From: Gammaproteobacteria bacterium
GTDB lineage: Bacteria > Pseudomonadota > Gammaproteobacteria > UBA4575
Reading direction: 5' to 3'
Assembly: GCA_965222615.1 (NCBI GenBank)
Contig: CBDCUI010000009.1
Span: 604,264 to 668,263 of the forward strand
DNA: 64,000 nt
Part shown: positions 30,891-40,683 of the stretch, one piece after another
Position numbering within the stretch: position 1 is the first letter of the stretch
Layout: every line of letters starts with the position of its first letter
Position numbers and translations under genes: made by a program
Notes under the pieces: model-generated
The model's input: the letters and a program-made list of their open reading frames with translations, nothing else
Databases searched by the model: none
Told to the model about the DNA's origin: nothing

Positions 30891-32471
30891 TTAATCATTG
30901 ATCGGTTTTATCGACCCTTCGATAACTTCCGCTCCAAAACTAGATTTGAATGCTTTAACTACTTCATCTTCTTCAACATATTTCTCGGCACGAGAACGTT
31001 TCTTAGCATCTGCACGATCTTTTTCCTTTGCGGGCGTCTCTATTTCTTTTGCAGAAATTTCTATTACCAATGATAAGTCTTTATCAAAATATAACTGCAG
31101 TGCTTTTTCTAACTTTTGTTTAACATTTGTCGTTGCTATTCCTTCATGCTGCGGTGCAAGATTAAGCACTATCCTATCGTCAGTTGTTTCTTTTAGACTA
31201 CAATTTGAAGCAAGTGAATATGCCACACCTTGTAAGTTAAGATTTTCAATTATTTTTGGCCAGGATTGTTTATTTTCATTTAAGTCCTGTAAATTTTGAT
31301 CCGCTTTTTTTTCATCAGGATTATTTGCGACTTTTTTTTTCGTTTCGATATTTTTCTCTATGCTACTCGGGACATAGTTACTTTTATTTGCTGGCTTAAA
31401 GGAAAGCATGCGCAATAATGTCATTTCTAATGCGCACTGCGAAGAAGTAGACAGATACAAGTCACGCTTGCCTATTAATGCAATTTGATAAAAAAGCTGA
31501 ACATCTTCAGGGCTGATACGTTTACTTAAATCATCAACTAAACTTTTATCGTAATCTATTGTGTTTAAAATATTTGGCACAGCCTGCACCAATGCGACTT
31601 GATGTAAAGTAGTAATAATATCTTCAAAGAAACTCTCAAAATCTGCAGATAATTTTGCTAACTCATGTGTGCATTGCATAATCTCTGCTGCATCTTCGTC
31701 AGCTAAGGCTTGTAATAACTTTTGCAAATACTCCCTTGGCACTGTGCCTAACATTTCGTGAATAGCAGAATCCGTAACATTACCGTCACTATATGCAATG
31801 GCTTGATCTAACAAGCTTAACGCATCACGCATGCTGCCATCGGCACTACGTGCCAATGAGTGTAGCGCCGATGTTTCAAATGATATTTCTTCAGCTTGTA
31901 TAAGTTTTTCTAATTGCTGACTTATCATGTCATCTGATAATTTTTTTAAATTAAACTGCAAACATCTGGAGAGCACCGTAATCGGTAACTTTTGAGAATC
32001 CGTAGTTGCTAAAAGAAACTTAACATGAGGTGGCGGCTCTTCTAGGGTCTTGAGCAAGGCATTAAAACTATGGCCCGAAAGCATATGTACTTCGTCGATT
32101 AAGTAGACCTTATAGTTGCCACGGCTGGGACTATATTGAACATTATCGAGTAGCTCACGTGTATCTTCCACTTTAGTTCGCGAGGCTGCATCTACTTCAA
32201 TTAGATCGATAAAACGACCTTCGTCGATCTCAAGACAAGCCCCGCATTTACCACAAGGAGTTGAATTAACACCTTGTTCACAATTTAGGCATTTGGCAAA
32301 AATCCTTGCTAGGGTGGTCTTACCTACCCCCCGAGTACCTGTGAATAAATACGCATGATGCAAACGTTCTTGATCAAGTGCATTCGCCAATGCCTTAACG
32401 ACATGGCTTTGTCCAACTACCTCAGTAAAATTTTTAGGTCGCCATTTTCTGGCTAACGCTTGATAACTCAT
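30891..32471 (-). CDS. dnaX: DNA polymerase III subunits gamma/tau
   Basis: AAA+ clamp-loader motifs (GTRGVGKTT, zinc module CGKCGAC). Start reassigned to MSYQALARKWRP (32471), because the longer listed ORF would overlap the ffs gene. Confidence 0.9.
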   Translation of the reverse strand: MSYQALARKWRPKNFTEVVGQSHVVKALANALDQERLHHAYLFTGTRGVGKTTLARIFAKCLNCEQGVNSTPCGKCGACLEIDEGRFIDLIEVDAASRTKVEDTRELLDNVQYSPSRGNYKVYLIDEVHMLSGHSFNALLKTLEEPPPHVKFLLATTDSQKLPITVLSRCLQFNLKKLSDDMISQQLEKLIQAEEISFETSALHSLARSADGSMRDALSLLDQAIAYSDGNVTDSAIHEMLGTVPREYLQKLLQALADEDAAEIMQCTHELAKLSADFESFFEDIITTLHQVALVQAVPNILNTIDYDKSLVDDLSKRISPEDVQLFYQIALIGKRDLYLSTSSQCALEMTLLRMLSFKPANKSNYVPSSIEKNIETKKKVANNPDEKKADQNLQDLNENKQSWPKIIENLNLQGVAYSLASNCSLKETTDDRIVLNLAPQHEGIATTNVKQKLEKALQLYFDKDLSLVIEISAKEIETPAKEKDRADAKKRSRAEKYVEEDEVVKAFKSSFGAEVIEGSIKPIND

Positions 32472-32513
32472 TCCTGGATTATACGAGATTATAATATTTC
32501 TAAACTTAAACGA

Positions 32514-32620
32514 CCTGTGCCAGCGATCCCTTTGCACCCGAAGTATACTGTTACCGTTGCTCCCTTCCGGGCCTGGCGGGGTTCACAGCATTTCGTCGCA
32601 AGGGTACTGACACAGACCGC
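32514..32620 (-). ncRNA. ffs: Signal recognition particle RNA (4.5S RNA, ffs)
   Basis: Minus-strand sequence contains the domain IV core CCAGGCCCGGAAGGGAGCAACGG, close to the E. coli GGUCAGGUCCGGAAGGAAGCAGC. Terminal helix GUCUGUGUCAG pairs with CUGGCACAG. About 107 nt, immediately upstream of dnaX, which is the conserved position. Confidence 0.7.
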
Positions 32621-32731
32621 CATAAGACTATAGCCTAGAGCTTAAGTTTTTAAAATACAGCAAAAATTTGATTAAAGCATGATCAAACTAATTAGGGAAA
32701 TTTGATCTTGAAAGCCACACTTTTATAAGGA

Positions 32732-33262
32732 GTGTTTATGTCCTTTTTTTCTTTACTCTCGCCTTCAAAACTGTTCTCAAAAACAAAATCACAAATCCGT
32801 GGTGCAAATTGGGAATTTTGGATTGGAAACTTTTTTGTTGTCTTTTCAACTGTCTTAGGTGTGTATCTAGCTGCTCACGCAGCATTAGAAACTGCTATCA
32901 AATATGATGCGGTCCGCACTGATCGAGATAATTACTATATGAGATCATCTTTATATAACGAACTCAATCATAATATTAGTGCCTTAGAAAAAATCATTGA
33001 AAATTTAAGAGAGGGGCGTAGATACCGTATACAAGATCAATATACTATTCATCCCCGATATTTTGTATGGGAGTCATTAAAATCTTCTCCATCTGCACTT
33101 ACTACACCTCCTAAGATTTTAGCAGGCGTAAGTGAGTTCTATGGGAACTCACAAATTGTGCTAAATAAAGTCAGTGGGAGAAGAGATTTTAAAATGGGAA
33201 TATCTGCTAATGATTTAGAGAAACAAGTTGAAAAACTAAAAAAACAACCCTACCCCCTTTAG
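32732..33262 (+). CDS. Hypothetical membrane-anchored protein
   Basis: ORF with an N-terminal TM helix. No motif. Confidence 0.35.
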   Translation: MFMSFFSLLSPSKLFSKTKSQIRGANWEFWIGNFFVVFSTVLGVYLAAHAALETAIKYDAVRTDRDNYYMRSSLYNELNHNISALEKIIENLREGRRYRIQDQYTIHPRYFVWESLKSSPSALTTPPKILAGVSEFYGNSQIVLNKVSGRRDFKMGISANDLEKQVEKLKKQPYPL

Positions 33263-33502
33263 AACAAAACTTAAAAGAGCTTAGAGAAGAATTGATTGAA
33301 AGTGAGATTGAGTTTGAGTAGTAATTACAAACGTCTTTAATCAATTATACACATAATAAGGAGACTATTGATCTACTTTACTATTGTGTATTAGACAAAA
33401 ACTCTGTACCGACTGTATTGATTATCAAGGAAAGAGTGGATGGAAGGGGGCGGAGTGATCATACCCTGGTTTGGTGGAGTCCAAGAAAGAGGATGGTTTA
33501 GT

Positions 33503-34366
33503 TTAACTGCTTGCATGTTGTCGTTCAAATTGTACAGGTGTTAAGTAATTCAAGTAACTGTGTCTACGCTGTCGATTGTAAAAAATCTCTATATATTCAA
33601 AGATACTGCGTTTAGCTTGTTCGCGTGTTTTATACTGACAATGATGAGTCAGCTCTGTCTTTAGTGTATGAAAGAAACTCTCCATCGCTGCATTATCTAA
33701 ACAATTGCCTTTACGGCTCATACTACAAGTCATGCGATGGTCTTTCAGTAGTTGATGATATTCAGAGGTGCGATATTCCATGCCTTGATCCGAGTGAATC
33801 AGTAAGTCTCGTTTGCGTGAGCGTTGACTTAAAGCCATCCTAAGCGCATCCAACGTTAAGTGTTTATTACGTTTGTCTGACATCGACCAACCAATGATTT
33901 TTCTAGAAAATAAATCCATAATCACTGCGACATATAACCAACCGGCCCGAGTGGGCACATAGGTGTAATCGGATACCCAGCGTTGATTCGTGTGTTGCGC
34001 AGAGAAGTCACGTTGCAATTGATTGGTTTCTATATGTTCAAACGTCTTACCTCGCTTGCTTCGCTCCCATAAACATTTCATGCGCGTCTTTAACCCGGCT
34101 TGCTTCATCAAGCGTGCCACACGATGTTTGCCACATGGAACACCTGAGGCGTTCAGCTCAGCATGAATTCTAGGATAACCGTATGTCTGTCTTGAAGATT
34201 GATGAATATCGATAATCAGCTTCAGCAATTGTCGATTGGCTTTAGTACGCGCACTCATCGGCCGATCTCGCCATGCATAGTAACCACTCTCAGAGACTTG
34301 CAGTGCACGACATATCCAAGCAATTGGATAATCATGGCGATGCTGATGAACCCACTCAAACTTCAT
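33503..34366 (-). CDS. IS3-family transposase OrfB (DDE integrase core)
   Basis: rve domain with D..D..E (HSDQGMEY ... E). Expressed as an OrfAB fusion by -1 frameshift. Confidence 0.85.
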   Translation of the reverse strand: MKFEWVHQHRHDYPIAWICRALQVSESGYYAWRDRPMSARTKANRQLLKLIIDIHQSSRQTYGYPRIHAELNASGVPCGKHRVARLMKQAGLKTRMKCLWERSKRGKTFEHIETNQLQRDFSAQHTNQRWVSDYTYVPTRAGWLYVAVIMDLFSRKIIGWSMSDKRNKHLTLDALRMALSQRSRKRDLLIHSDQGMEYRTSEYHQLLKDHRMTCSMSRKGNCLDNAAMESFFHTLKTELTHHCQYKTREQAKRSIFEYIEIFYNRQRRHSYLNYLTPVQFERQHASS

Positions 34367-34659
34367 TCCGATAGCTTGGTGAAGTGGTGGGTCGCTTTTT
34401 TTAAAATCTCATTCTCTGCACGCAAACGTTCGTTCTCTTTACGCAGTTTCGTTAATTGCGCAGCTTCACCACTTTGTTGACCTTTACCAGGAAAGGAATC
34501 TTCGCCTTTAATGGCCAATTGCTCTTTCCATTTGTATATTTGATTGACGCGAATACCAAGTTCACGCGCCACTTGAGTGACTGATTGGTCACTTTCTTCC
34601 GCTAATCGAATCGCTTCTAACTTAAATTCTTTTGTGTATTGACGATATTGTCGTGGCAT
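34363..34659 (-). CDS. IS3-family transposase OrfA (HTH)
   Basis: MPRQYRQYTKEFKLEAIRL ... leucine-zipper region. Slippery A-run AAAAAAAG at about 34380-34390, at the orfA/orfB overlap. Confidence 0.85.
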   Translation of the reverse strand: MPRQYRQYTKEFKLEAIRLAEESDQSVTQVARELGIRVNQIYKWKEQLAIKGEDSFPGKGQQSGEAAQLTKLRKENERLRAENEILKKATHHFTKLSE

Positions 34660-34805
34660 TGAGTTCTCCTTATCAGGGTAGTTTAACCCCTTTCAAGAAC
34701 TCCATTAAACCGGGGGAAGATCAGAGCACGTTACCCCCTTGCTTTTTCCGACTAAGATCGTACTGATGAATAAAACTTTTCGGACTGTACCTCCATTAAT
34801 CCCAT

Positions 34806-36392
34806 TTATTTATATGTGTATTGGAGCATTAACCAGAATTTTTCGGTATCGACGCAAAATAGAGGATCGCTACCAGCGCCAGTACCACAGTCTTCACTGT
34901 AATCCGCGTATTTTATTACTCCAAGTAAACCCTTCTTGCCAAAGAGATCCGGTTTACCCCATAGCAGATTCCATTCTTTACCATAGTCCGAAATTCTGCC
35001 ATTAGGGCCCGTGAAAGTTTTATCTGTTTCAAAGTCATGATAAGAGACAACAATCTTGTTTTTACCAATTACATTACCGAAAAGGCCCAAAATTGTAAGA
35101 TTGACACTAGTATCTTCGATACCTCCTACAGGGGTTGCTGAACCGCCAGTGGGTCCAATGAATTTGTCTGCCCAACCCTGGAATGCATGAAATGTGGCAA
35201 GAGGAGTTTGCAAGGCATTCCCTCCATCACCCTGACCTTCCAGGACTTCCTTTCCTACTGTAATTTGGAATGTAGGCTCACCAATAGGCATGAGACCTAA
35301 ACCATCGACCCGGGTGCCACCAAATCTCACACCTAGCTCAATGTTGTAATAATCATTGTCGTCAAAATCGACGACTTCTACACCTGCACCGTTCTCACCT
35401 GCATCACCCTTTGGATCTTGGTTGGCCCATTCGAACTCAGTTAATAAATCAAGTGAGTCACCCAAAGCATGTTTGCCCGTCCATCTGGCACCAATAGTAT
35501 CGGAATCAAATACAACGGGTGGCACAGGGCCTAGTGCAAATGGCACTCCTCCACCCTCTTGAAATGGTGTTCTATCATTATCTTCGAAATCGAGTAAATA
35601 ACCATATGCTACAAGCTTACCGATATCCGGGAAAGTATAGGAAGCATTTATAAGATGTGCGTCATCCATTTTCCATTCATTAAAAACGGATTTCTCACCA
35701 AAAGTACGCTTAACCTTATTGAGATAGGAATAGGATAGACTAAGGTTTTTGATTGATGTGTTGTCTATACGCAAAGCATCAATGGACACAAAATTATTGC
35801 GCCAAAGAATGTTACCCACCCAGCGATGATTATCATATATGATTTCTTGGCGTCCTAGTTTGAATGAGGTGTTACCACTACAAGGGTCTGGCGAATTTGG
35901 ACAACCTCCTGTATGGCTGCGCCAGCCAAGGTAGAATTCGTTTATTTCTTCATATTCATTGTCAGGAATAATGGAATGGCCTGCTGCTATACGAGATCCG
36001 ACTGGACCTGGTGGAATCCTGAAATCGTCATCGAGATTGAGAGCATTGTCATCACCTAAAGGTCTACCTGCTTCAAACTCACCACGAAGATAAAAGCCGT
36101 GGTAACGGGCCGTAGTCCACCCCCCCACAACACGAGCAGTTAACTGTTCCGCTGTATCCGCACTGGCAATGGGTGATCCTGCCGATATGTCATCATCCAC
36201 CTCTTCGTGTCGAAGCCTTAACCTCATATGCGGTTCGCCATGAACGAGTGCCCTACCTAAAGAATCAGCGGCCGGTAAAAATTTTCCTCGATGTGTATTA
36301 GGAATATCAGTCAGGCCCACTGCTGAAACTCCCTGAGCGATTAAAAAGATGGTGGTTGCCACCAGATAAGAAAGGGGTGTAAATTTGGCCAT
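34806..36392 (-). CDS. Putative outer-membrane beta-barrel/porin-like protein
   Basis: Signal peptide, alternating amphipathic beta-strand character, Gly/Asp/Asn-rich loops. 528 aa. Family not identified. Confidence 0.4.
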   Translation of the reverse strand: MAKFTPLSYLVATTIFLIAQGVSAVGLTDIPNTHRGKFLPAADSLGRALVHGEPHMRLRLRHEEVDDDISAGSPIASADTAEQLTARVVGGWTTARYHGFYLRGEFEAGRPLGDDNALNLDDDFRIPPGPVGSRIAAGHSIIPDNEYEEINEFYLGWRSHTGGCPNSPDPCSGNTSFKLGRQEIIYDNHRWVGNILWRNNFVSIDALRIDNTSIKNLSLSYSYLNKVKRTFGEKSVFNEWKMDDAHLINASYTFPDIGKLVAYGYLLDFEDNDRTPFQEGGGVPFALGPVPPVVFDSDTIGARWTGKHALGDSLDLLTEFEWANQDPKGDAGENGAGVEVVDFDDNDYYNIELGVRFGGTRVDGLGLMPIGEPTFQITVGKEVLEGQGDGGNALQTPLATFHAFQGWADKFIGPTGGSATPVGGIEDTSVNLTILGLFGNVIGKNKIVVSYHDFETDKTFTGPNGRISDYGKEWNLLWGKPDLFGKKGLLGVIKYADYSEDCGTGAGSDPLFCVDTEKFWLMLQYTYK

Positions 36393-36792
36393 GAATGCTT
36401 CTCCTCCCTTGAAGATTTAAGCCGGATCTTTCACGTATTTACCCGGCCACGTACAGTCGATTGAATCTGATTTTTTTATATTTTTTATATACTGACTTTA
36501 TGGGTCATAACATTTACTTAATGATCAATATAAAAGAATAGCGCGTTATTCGTCCAAGACTTTGTTGTTATTGAACCCATAGGAGTTGACTATAGTTCTA
36601 AGGAATGCACTGCAGATTTGATGACGGCAGCCAGGATTTAAATGTAATTACAGCTTTTTCATCATTAGGGCATCATACTCATAATTTATGTGCCTAAATA
36701 TAAAATTTACAATCAAATGAAGTCGATACTTCTGAATCAATAACTCAATTTTGCAACTAACTTAAAAATTTAATCTACGGAAACACGCCAAT

Positions 36793-37677
36793 ATGACGCA
36801 CCGTTTTTATATAGTTGATGTGTTTACTGAACAACCTTACACCGGAAACCCGCTTGCGGTTGTTGTTATGGCAAAATCACTATCAGACGAAACCATGCAA
36901 AAAATTGCAGCGGAGATGAATTTTTCTGAAACCACTTTCGTGGCAACAACACCAGAAGATAATGGTGGATATCGTGTGCGAATATTTACACCTGCACGAG
37001 AAATTGATTTTGCTGGACACCCAATTCTCGGTACAGCACAAGTCATTCGCCAATATCTTACTAATGAATCAAGTTCACAAATATTATTAAATCTCTCTAA
37101 GAGTCTGATACCAGTTAACTTTGAACATTTCAGCAATGAGAGTGAAGTTGCCTGGTTTCTTGCACCACCAATGAAACTTGGCAAGGAATCTGCTCGCGAG
37201 CCTGTCGCAACTGCACTTGATTTAGCACCTGATGACATTGATATCAGAACACCAATACAAGTAGTTTCTGCAGGTACTTCGGCGATGATTGTTCCACTAA
37301 ATACTATGCAAGCACTACAGCATAGCCAACTAAATTTAGAAAAATTTGCCGTTTTAGCTGCTGAAGGTTTTCCACCTTTAATATATCTTTTTTGCCAACA
37401 AACACATCACCCCGAGAATGATTTATGTGCAAGATTTTTCTTTGAGGCGCATGGAGTACGTGAAGATCCAGCAACCGGAAATGGCGCAGCCTTTCTTGGA
37501 GCATATCTGTTGAAACATCGTTATTTCTCTAAATCCGATTTATCACTACGAATTGAACAAGGTTATGAAATTCACCGGCCATCGTTGGTGAGGTTACGTG
37601 CACGAATACAAAATGGAAGTAGTGATATACAGGTTGGCGGTCATGTCATTCCAACAGTGCAAGGTCAACTTCTTTAA
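36793..37677 (+). CDS. PhzF family phenazine-biosynthesis-like isomerase
   Basis: N-terminus FYIVDVFTEQPYTGNPLAVV, about 290 aa, two-domain DAP-epimerase-like fold. Confidence 0.8.
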   Translation: MTHRFYIVDVFTEQPYTGNPLAVVVMAKSLSDETMQKIAAEMNFSETTFVATTPEDNGGYRVRIFTPAREIDFAGHPILGTAQVIRQYLTNESSSQILLNLSKSLIPVNFEHFSNESEVAWFLAPPMKLGKESAREPVATALDLAPDDIDIRTPIQVVSAGTSAMIVPLNTMQALQHSQLNLEKFAVLAAEGFPPLIYLFCQQTHHPENDLCARFFFEAHGVREDPATGNGAAFLGAYLLKHRYFSKSDLSLRIEQGYEIHRPSLVRLRARIQNGSSDIQVGGHVIPTVQGQLL

Positions 37678-37945
37678 CACCGTTTTGAATACCAAGCAAT
37701 GTCAAACACGATAAGAACCTATAGTACTTATACACAACTTTACCTTATGCTAAATTTCATATTAATTGGAGTTTTACATACGCTAATTAAAATATATTTA
37801 TTAAAGAATAAGTGCATGTATGACTCTTGACTGGTAAAATTTAACCTAGTTCAGATAGCAATTAGTAACTTAGAGTACAACCTATTTTTTTAGGTACTTT
37901 GATAAAATCAAGAGTAACGAGCAAGATAATATCTTGTAATAACTT

Positions 37946-38962
37946 GTGCTCATTTTAGGTTGGGAGATGATAGGAGGTGTAAGAATGTTTAAAAATAAAA
38001 CGAACGGGTCCACCTTTTTTCTTGCATTAGGATTAATTTTTCTTGTCCTCCCTTCAACTGGGCAAACTGGAGATAAGAATTTTGCGCCAACTATCGCATA
38101 CCAAATGGTCGAGTTAGTACACGATGAAATTGAGCTAATACGAAAACACAAACAAACGCCTGTTGATACACGTGCTAGTTTTCCTGTAGAACATGTTTTC
38201 CCCAGAGAAGTGTATTTCCAAGCCCTTACCTTACGACAAAAGGCAGGGCGCCTTTGTCATGAAACCACTCAATTTTTATTAGCGCCTCCCGCTGCTGTAC
38301 AGTTTTCGATTCCAAAAACAATCACTCCTGAAGACGTATACGATATTGTCAATGACGCGTGGAGCCAAATTCGTTGTGCTAAGGCTGGCCTAAACATAAG
38401 TGAAGAAATCCAGCAATCGGCAAAACAAGGCACGGCTAAGACACTCACAGATGTGTTTAAGTCAATTGTTCAAGCGAATCGGCAGTTAAATTTAATATTA
38501 GAACAACCTATTGAACCAGGAGATGTATATGCCGTCGTTCAACATGCGAATGCGTATATAGTTGATATACTTGACAAATTAGCACCGGTGTGGAGTTTAA
38601 CCGCACCCACACTTCCAGAGTATCAAGCAGGTAAAAGGCCCATCGATATCTACAAACAAATGCTAAAGAACTTCAGGATTATCGAACAAATATCAAAGGA
38701 TTCTGGAATCGATATGCTGAGTTTAGGACCAGAAATACAAACACCGATTACAACTACAGATGTTTTTGATTTGAGTTCTCTTATCCTTTCTGAACTAAGT
38801 TATTTTGCAACACAACTTGGCATAAATCGGATTTACAGATTGGAATCTCATCCTGACAAAGTTCCTTCTGATGTGTATCAGCAAGCACAAATTGTAGAGG
38901 CTCATCTAGAAATATTGGAGGGTTTTACCAAGAAGTATCCGACTTGGACTAAATTAGAGTAA
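37946..38962 (+). CDS. Hypothetical secreted protein
   Basis: Signal peptide (probable start MFKNKTNG at 37985). No recognisable motifs. Confidence 0.4.
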   Translation: MLILGWEMIGGVRMFKNKTNGSTFFLALGLIFLVLPSTGQTGDKNFAPTIAYQMVELVHDEIELIRKHKQTPVDTRASFPVEHVFPREVYFQALTLRQKAGRLCHETTQFLLAPPAAVQFSIPKTITPEDVYDIVNDAWSQIRCAKAGLNISEEIQQSAKQGTAKTLTDVFKSIVQANRQLNLILEQPIEPGDVYAVVQHANAYIVDILDKLAPVWSLTAPTLPEYQAGKRPIDIYKQMLKNFRIIEQISKDSGIDMLSLGPEIQTPITTTDVFDLSSLILSELSYFATQLGINRIYRLESHPDKVPSDVYQQAQIVEAHLEILEGFTKKYPTWTKLE

Positions 38963-39095
38963 TATAACTTTTAGTTAAACAACAATTTAATTTTACTTTT
39001 GTATAAGAAAGCTTAATGCCATAAATCTAATTAGCTGATAGTAAGCATGCGTGACTGAATATCTATCCATAGGGATCTAAACTAAAATCAGGTAT

Positions 39096-39476
39096 ATGGA
39101 CAGCTATACCGTCTTAAAAAATATTCATATCGCGACTGTATTGATTTCAATTGCAGGATTTTTTTTACGCGGAATTTGGATGATGCAATCTTCTTCCAAA
39201 CTACTACATCGTTGGACAAAAATTGCACCACATATTAACGATACAATTTTACTATTATCTGCAATTGCCTTAGTTTTTATTACAGCTCAATATCCAGGGC
39301 CAACAACGTGGCTAAATACAAAAATTATAGCTTTAGTAGTCTATATAATATTAGGAACAATTGCTCTTAAGCGCGGCAAGACGATGAGAACACGTGTTAT
39401 TGCATGGTGTCTAGCATTGATGACGTTTATATATATTATTATGGTAGCAATCAACAAAAACTCTTTGCCAATTTAA
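39096..39476 (+). CDS. SirB2-family small inner-membrane protein
   Basis: 126 aa, four TM helices. Matches the SirB2 pattern from memory. Confidence 0.45.
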   Translation: MDSYTVLKNIHIATVLISIAGFFLRGIWMMQSSSKLLHRWTKIAPHINDTILLLSAIALVFITAQYPGPTTWLNTKIIALVVYIILGTIALKRGKTMRTRVIAWCLALMTFIYIIMVAINKNSLPI

Positions 39477-39607
39477 ACGTCGACAAAAACAGCGTATAAC
39501 AAACTCGATAGATAGCTTGTACTAAACCTCCAGAAAAGTTTTTCGTAAAACTTGCTCTTATTACAACCTTTACAGCATCCCGTTAAGAAACTGTAACTAT
39601 AAAAGCT

Positions 39608-39790
39608 TTAGTGACAAGGAAAACCTTGCGAATGGCGAATATCATGTGCCGCATTATGCATAGCTGCTGTGTTTACAAAACCCGCACCATACAAAATGAC
39701 ACAGCCAAGTAAAAACGCACATGCAATCTGCAACGGTTTCGAAATCGACCTTGTATGCAAAATAGTTTCAGTTGTAGTCTGATTCTGCAT
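39608..39790 (-). CDS. cbtB: Cobalt transporter subunit CbtB (orphan copy at the operon end)
   Basis: 60 aa, one TM helix, C-terminal HNAAHDIRHSQGFPCH. Paralogous to the cbtB at 50802 (HNAAHDIRHGLAFPCH). Confidence 0.7.
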   Translation of the reverse strand: MQNQTTTETILHTRSISKPLQIACAFLLGCVILYGAGFVNTAAMHNAAHDIRHSQGFPCH

Positions 39791-39840
39791 ATTTACTCCT
39801 TACTTAAAAAAATTAAAAAATTCGATACACTTGTTGGACA

Positions 39841-40683
39841 TCACGTATGGTGCCAACTAAAACGTTTAATGAGCATTGAACACGAACTATCTAAAATGTA
39901 ACCCATTATTCCAATGGTTAGCACCATTGCGGTGAGGTGGTCATAGGATAAAGTTTCACGCGCATCTGCGATAGAGTAGCCTAGGCCTGAAGTCACACCC
40001 AAAAATTCTGCTGGGACAAGTACAATCCAAGCAACACCAAGCGCAAGACGTACACCTGTCAGAATATCGAACATAATTGCAGGCAAAATAATTTGCGTGA
40101 CCATATGCCAAGGCTTAGCCCCTAAATTACGCGCAACTTTGAACCACGCAGGATCTACCTTGGCGAGCCCTGCAGCAGTTGCAAACACGATTGGCCATAC
40201 TGCTGCAATTGCAATAAGAAATACGATTGCGCCATTCCAGGTAGTAAACACAATTACCGCAATCGGCTCCCAGGAAAGCGGGCTGATCATACGAATCAAT
40301 TGAAATGGGGAGTTGCTTAGTTCTCGGAATATTTTGCTACGCCCTAGGAGAATACCGATCGGTACTCCAACGATGATAGCAATAAGTAATCCAATACCTA
40401 GTCGATAACCACTAGTTTTAACTGCTGCTTGGATCTTACCTTCTGCCAATAATTCCGGAAATGCTTGGAACGTTGGAATAGGCCCGAAATCTTTAAAGTT
40501 TGTAGTATTGGGATTTATCTCAATTAAATAACCACCAATCCACCAAAGCACAAATAAAATCGCAAGGCCCGCAGCCCAATTAAACAAGCTCCTACCCATC
40601 GACTTGGCAATAGCCGAGCTTTGAACAGCATTTATAGATTCAATAGCACCTATTTCAGCTGTTTTATCAGTTCCATTACTCAA
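39841..40683 (-). CDS. ABC transporter permease (NrtB/SsuC/TauC type)
   Basis: Six TM helices with an EAA-like loop. Its stop overlaps the upstream substrate-binding-protein gene. Confidence 0.85.
   Translation of the reverse strand: MSNGTDKTAEIGAIESINAVQSSAIAKSMGRSLFNWAAGLAILFVLWWIGGYLIEINPNTTNFKDFGPIPTFQAFPELLAEGKIQAAVKTSGYRLGIGLLIAIIVGVPIGILLGRSKIFRELSNSPFQLIRMISPLSWEPIAVIVFTTWNGAIVFLIAIAAVWPIVFATAAGLAKVDPAWFKVARNLGAKPWHMVTQIILPAIMFDILTGVRLALGVAWIVLVPAEFLGVTSGLGYSIADARETLSYDHLTAMVLTIGIMGYILDSSCSMLIKRFSWHHT

Larger units (their letters stand above)
33468..34711 (-). mobile_element. IS3-family insertion sequence (about 1.24 kb) with imperfect terminal inverted repeats
   Basis: Ends GGTTTGGTGGAGTCCAAGAAAGAGG (33468-) and the reverse complement of 34687-34711 GGTTTAATGGAGTTCTTGAAAGGGG. 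Two overlapping transposase ORFs lie inside. Confidence 0.8.

Noticed and set aside
34739-35005. 88-aa plus-strand ORF spanning the IS3 right end and the porin-like gene terminus. Also 35356-35562.
   Set aside because: It overlaps the 3' end of the long minus-strand beta-barrel gene and the IS flank, and has no supporting features.
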